A stretch of 64,000 nucleotides of DNA from NCBI RefSeq assembly GCF_000143415.4, contig NW_003314316.1, positions 577,220 to 641,219 on the forward strand, given 5' to 3'. This DNA is from Selaginella moellendorffii. Taxonomy: Eukaryota > Plantae > Lycopodiophyta. The notes beneath the pieces are model-generated. The model was not told the DNA's origin. It did not search any database and saw nothing but the letters and a program-made list of their open reading frames with translations. Below, in pieces: positions 58,501 to 64,000 of the stretch (its first letter is position 1; the number at the start of each line of letters is the position of its first letter). The position numbers and the translations under genes are program-made.

Positions 58501-61245
58501 CCTTCCAACTTAGGCCATGCCATTCCCATTTCCATTAAAATTCCTTTGGGAAGGGGTTTTCATAAACCCACCAACTTGACTTTAAGGCAACACACCTTGG
58601 CACATTCAGTATCTCTATACCCTTGGCTCTATAAGCTTACCTTTACAACACTCCCCACTTGTGTTAGGGTCTTTGCCAAGACCAAAGCAGTTGTCTCTCA
58701 TGCCAACTATCAATTAGCACTACACCATAATGTTCACACACAACTCTATGCCAAAGTTGTTTTCTTTTGGGGAACACCTTTCCCATGACTTTAGTATGGC
58801 ACATTCTGCCATCGATAAGATACCCTCTGTTCTTATACTTGGATCTTATGATCCCCCTCATCCTTCGTGGGGTACAACACACCTCAGTCCAAATACTTCC
58901 ATCAATCCCTTAGGATTATTCCTTGACTCTATTTGAATTATCCAACTTTTTGGACTTTATCATCCGACGACTCGTGAGGTCCTACCTTTGAGGTGCCAGC
59001 TCACTAGAATATAACTTCTTGTATTCAGGTCCTACTCACAAGGACCATCTTTGCAAGTGTTACTCCGACACTTGATTTGTTCTCTTGGGGCAACCTTTTG
59101 CTCCTTAGGACCACTTGTCCATGTGATGAGAATACCAACTCATCCTCTGAGTACACATCTAACTCCTTTGGTTGTTCCAACATTTATTAAAGGTAGCCTT
59201 GGCTACCATTTCAAAGACTTGTGTCCTCTTTTATATTTGACCTCCCACAGTCATCAATTCTGGTCTCAAATTTATGAGCACCAACCTCAACTATATGAGG
59301 GTAATCTTGTGACTCCTTTATTGTTTTGGAGTCTGCATCTTTCCCATGATCCCAACTATAGTTGTTTACCACAACTACATTAGCCCGTTTGCTGCGTCAA
59401 ACGCTTATCTGGATCACATCCTCAGCTCTCTAAGGAAACATTATACTATTCCCAAGATCCCAAAGGTGTTCCATTATTGGCCCTTTTCTATCCACCACCT
59501 CTCCTACAAGTTCACACATGAACTATAGTGGAGAGTCATGTCTTCCCAACCTGCTACTCTGCAAGGATAGGCCCACTCCTAGGACCTTTTGATGCCAACA
59601 CCAGTGGTGATATACTTGAGCACCAATAAAAGTCAAACTAAGGAACAACTCCAATACCAAGTTATACGCGACTAAATTTTCCATTCTACTTTAGTCACTT
59701 AACCACACCTCCGACCACTTGGAGGAGTCTCATTCACAACCTCCATAAGTCCTATTTTGGACTTAGGGACTTACTAGCCCCAAGAATGACATCCATGCCA
59801 CTCAACCATTGCACTTGGACGAAGTGCTTCACGTGTCCAATTCTATAACCGACACCCCAAGGTACCACTGACATATTAACCCATTACGCTAAGGCCTGCC
59901 CATTCACTTTAGTCACACTGGTGGTCCGACACCACCTATATCACAGTCCCATCTCTCAAAGACCGGGCCATCCATCCATGAGCCAGATCCACTCCTTAGT
60001 ATCCTTAGGATGCCCATAGACATGGGGAATAGCTTTCCCCAATATCCCTTTTCCAGTCCCCACCAAGTCCCTTACTGCCCATGGCCGTATTCGCCAACAC
60101 TGCCACTGGATTGAGGCCCACAAGCCCAACCACTAAGTCCCACGGTCCTCTGGGACTTCCTCACCACACGACTGTATCTTTTGTCTTTACTCCAAAGGAC
60201 TACTCCTCTTCCTTTCCACAGTCTGGGCCTTTGGGACAACATTTCGGAACACCATGGCCCTACGCAAGCCTCATGGGTACTCTCCCCGCCTTCCATCTTT
60301 GGGTGCTTTAGCCATGGGATTAGAGCAAGGTTCCATTGAGCCATGCCAAGTATCCAAGCAAGACACTTGGACTGGGAGCATTGACCATTTGATCTCCCAG
60401 GGGAACTAAAGCCAACTCTTGAATACTTTACTAAACTACCCTACTTGTCGGTCTGTATTCACTCTAATCTTGGACTTCCCAGTGGTCAACTCATCACCCA
60501 ACACTGGGCCTGGCCTTCCTGGGCCAAACTGGCCTTTCCTGGGCCAAACTGGCCTTTCCTGGCCAAACTGGCTCCACTGGGCTCCAACCCCCACACTCTC
60601 CCTACTATACTTTTGGAACCCCCTACAGCCCTGCTCCCCCTGGGGGACGATCGCTTTGGGCTTTCACCCAACTGCCTGTATTAGTATTCAGATTCGGACT
60701 CGAACTCGGACTCGGACTCGGTCTCGGTCCCGGTTTCGGACTCGGACTCGGTCTTGGTCTCGGTCTCAGTTCCATCTTAGACTCCATCTTGGACTCCATC
60801 TTAGGTCCATCTCGGACTCTATCTCGTGTCCATTTCAAACTCCATCTTGGACTCTATCTCAGGTCCATCTCAGACTCCATCTCAGGTCCACCTCGGACTC
60901 CATCTCAAGTCCACCTCGAACTCCATCTCGGGTCCATCTCGGATCCATCTCGGACTCCATCTCGGGTCCATCTTGGGTCCATCTCAGACTCTTTCTCAGG
61001 TCCATCTCAGACTCCATCTCGAAATCCTTCTCAAGTCCATCTCAGACTCCCTTTTTGGAGTCTCGTTTATTGCTCGCTTCATGCTTGTTCCTTGAGCACT
61101 TTGTTGCAAATTCTTCTCCCGCTCTCAACCTTTCAAGTTGGAGCTTTTGGTCCAAACGTGTTACACTCATTTGGCTTTCGCTTCGGCCAGTACCATGTGG
61201 CACCCTTCCGGCTCTACTTGGGGCCTAGGGATTTTGTGTCTCACA

Positions 61246-61632
61246 CTCACCTCTCGGAGGCACATACTTTGGGCTTTCACCCCATAACCTGCATTAGTAT
61301 TTGGACTTGGTCTCGAACTTGATCTCGGACTTGATCTCAGACTTGACCTCAGACTCGGTCTCGGACTCGATCTTAGACCCAATCTCGGACTCTCTCTCTC
61401 GGACTCGGTCTCGGACCCGATCTCGGATCTCAGACTCCATCTTGATCTCGGTCTTGGACTTAGTCTCGAACTCAGTCTCGGAGTTAGTCTCAGACTTGGT
61501 CTTGAACTTGACCTCAGACTTGGTATCGAACTTGATCTTGGACTCAGTCTCATCTGATGAACTTTTTATCATTTTGGTTGTGTTTTCGGGGATGCTTTAG
61601 CCTTTGACACCTCGGGGAGTTGATTCCTTACA
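61246..61632 (-). mobile_element. Right part of split LTR C
   Basis: Ends ...TTCCTTACA followed by TSD TCACA (61633-61637). Confidence 0.8.
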
Positions 61633-62761
61633 TCACAGTCCATAGACCAAATGAAAGATGACATTAATGACTTTAGTAATGCTCACAACGATGTAATATG
61701 ATTAGAAAGATGATTAACAAAACAACTGAGATATTACACCTGTTCAGGGTAGGGAACTTTAGAATGGCTATAAGTTTGTCAAGATCAATTTGAAAACCCT
61801 CACGAGAAATATGGTATCCAAGATAAATTGTGTCCTTAGACCTAAACACGCACTTTGACCGCTTCAACTTTAAACCAACTTTTTGTAACTTATCTAACAC
61901 CTTACAAACATTACAGATGTATTCCTCTCATGCCCCTTCGAGTGGATTAAAACACTATTGATGAAGTCAACAATGACCTCCAACATATCATAAAGAACCT
62001 TGTCCATCATCCACTAGAAAGTTGTTGGAACATTATTCAAATCAAACGACATCACCAAGAACTCTTACAAACCAAATAGTGTACAAAAAGCAATTTTAAG
62101 AATATCTTCTTTAGCCATCTGTATTTGCCAATACCCTGAAGTAAGATTTAACTTGGTGAGCCGATGGTTTTTCCTTAGACGATCTAAGAGATAAACAATG
62201 TGAGGAAGAGGGTACACATCCGAGATTGTCACTTCGTTTAATAAATGATAATTAATGCAAAAAAAAATACTCCCATCATGCTTCATCACAAGATGGGGTT
62301 CATATGCCTAAGGACTCTATGACTTTCAAATAATACTTTTTCTAACATCTCTTTGATGTTTGAATATAAAATTTTAATTTTTTTGGGTGACTGAAAATGA
62401 ATAGGAACTTTGATTGGATGAACATCCCCAATTAGAATAAGATGAAATATTGCAATCTTGGCCCCAGGTAACAAATCATATTCAAAGAGATTGGCATACT
62501 CCTTCATAAGTTGGTCAACTACTGCAACATAAAGATTGTCAGAAGGATAGGAAAAGGACAAGACGGAAACATAAAAGGAAGTAATAGGGAGCCAAAAGTG
62601 AAAAGAAGAAATATAAAGATAAGAGGGAGAAACCTCAAAGTCACACTTGGCATAATTGTACCGCAACCAATCTATACCAAGGATGGGGTCAAAAGTTTGA
62701 CTCGGCACTACCTGCAATGATTGCAACTCAAGCTCAAGATCGCCCATATACATAATTAGGT
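61633..62761 (-). mobile_element. Continuation of element B (RT and protease remnants)
   Basis: Colinear with ~18083-19115 of element A, picking up exactly where 22868 stops. Confidence 0.88.
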
Positions 62762-63884
62762 TGTAAGTGACTAAATTTTCCATTCTACTTCAGTCACTTA
62801 ACCACACCTCCGACCACTTGGAAGAGTCTCATTCACAACCTCCATAAGTCCAATTTAGGACTTGGGACTTGCTAGCCCCGAGAATGGCATCCATGCCACT
62901 CAACATTTGCACTTGGTCCAAGTGCTCCACGTGTCCAATCCCATGACCGACACTCAAAGGTACCACCAACATGGCAGCTTGTTACGCTAAGGCCATGCCC
63001 AATCACCTTTGCCACACTGGTAGTCCATACCACTTGCATCACAGTCTTGGCTCTTCAAGACTAGGCAAACCATCCGTGAGTGGTCATCTCAGATCCACTC
63101 CTTAGCATCCTTAGGATGCCCACCGACAAGGGGAATAGCCTTCCCCAATATCCCTCTGTCAGTCCCCACTAAGTCCCTTTCTGCCCCTGGCCGTGTTTGC
63201 CAACGCTGCCACTGGATCGAGGCCCACAGGCCCAACCACTAAGTCCCACGGTCCTCTGGGACTTCCTCACCACACGACTGTGTCCTTGGTCACTACCCTA
63301 GAGGACTGCTCCTCTTCCTTTCCACAGTCTGGGCTTTTGGGACAACATTTCGGAACACTGTGGCCTTATGCGAGCCACCTAAGTAATCTCCCCGCCTTCC
63401 GCCCTTGGGTGCTCTAGCTATGGGCTTAGAGTGAGGTTCCGTTGAGCCACACTTGGTATCCAAGTAGGTAGTGCCACCCACACTTAGACTGGGAGCATTG
63501 GCCAGTCGATCTCCCGGGGGAACTAGAGCCGGCTCTTGAACACTTCACCAAGCTACCCCGCTTGTCGGTCCGTGTTCACTCTAGTCTTGGACTTCCCAAT
63601 GGTCAGCTCATCACCCAACACTGGGTCTGGCCTTCCTGGGCCAAATTAGCCTTTCCTGGCCAAACTGGCTCCAACTGGGCTCCAACCCCCACACTCTCCC
63701 TACTATACTTTTGGAACCTCCCGCAGCCCCCCCCCCCCCCCCCCCCCCCGGGGGACGATCACTTTGGGCTTTCACCCAACTGCCTGTATTAGTATTCGGA
63801 CTCGGACTTGGACTCGGACTCGGACTCGGTCTCGGTCCCGGATTTGGACTCGAACTCGGTCTCGGTCCCGGATTTGGACTCGGA

Positions 63885-63921
<37 letters not shown>

Positions 63922-64000
63922 CCGGTCCCGGTCTCGGTTCCATCTCGGGTCCATCTCGGACTCCATCTCGGGTCCATCTCGGACTCCATCTCGGACTCCA
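62762..64000 (-). mobile_element. Another family-D LTR inserted in element B, running off the window
   Basis: Starts TGTAAGTGACTAAATTTTCC; colinear with 26987-28220. Confidence 0.88.

Larger units (their letters stand above)
24252..61245 (-). mobile_element. Non-autonomous LTR element D' (LTRs ~24252-25817 and ~59663-61245; non-coding internal region 25818-26986 plus 57076-59662), hosting later insertions
   Basis: Two ~1.57-kb direct repeats ending TGTGTCTCACA; tRNA-iMet-type PBS next to the right LTR; no long ORF inside. 24025-24251 repeats 59435-59662 including a PBS, suggesting a former tandem copy. Confidence 0.72.

Overview
Plant nuclear DNA, most likely a lycophyte such as Selaginella (inferred from ~50-nt introns, an intronless PAL and PLS-type PPR repeats). 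1-8 kb holds three apparently intact genes: a 3-exon PLATZ transcription factor, a CCDC86/Cgr1-like gene and phenylalanine ammonia-lyase. 8.5-15.9 kb is a patchwork of pseudogenes and local fragment duplications (PPR, two ClpX copies, PAL 3' end, PLATZ pieces). 15.9-64 kb is a transposon nest about six levels deep, mostly Ty3/gypsy elements and solo LTRs, ordered by their target-site duplications (TSDs). The most notable object is a 13,750-bp TIR DNA transposon (39764-53513, 4-bp TSD TAGT) inserted in a chromovirus RT. It carries a Sola-like/DUF7869-type transposase and a divergent multi-exon cargo gene (ParB-like domain, degenerate DNA-methyltransferase-like domain, acidic tract, FCP1-like HAD domain). 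About 30 copies of a 22-bp palindrome (ATGGCRTGNGGCCNCAYGCCAT) are scattered through it, many inside its short introns, which suggests a protein-plus-cognate-site system (parS/ParB-like or VANC-like anti-silencing). Second highlight: two canonical GT-AG introns in the integrase of the host chromovirus. All domain calls are by-eye motif recognition, not database searches.
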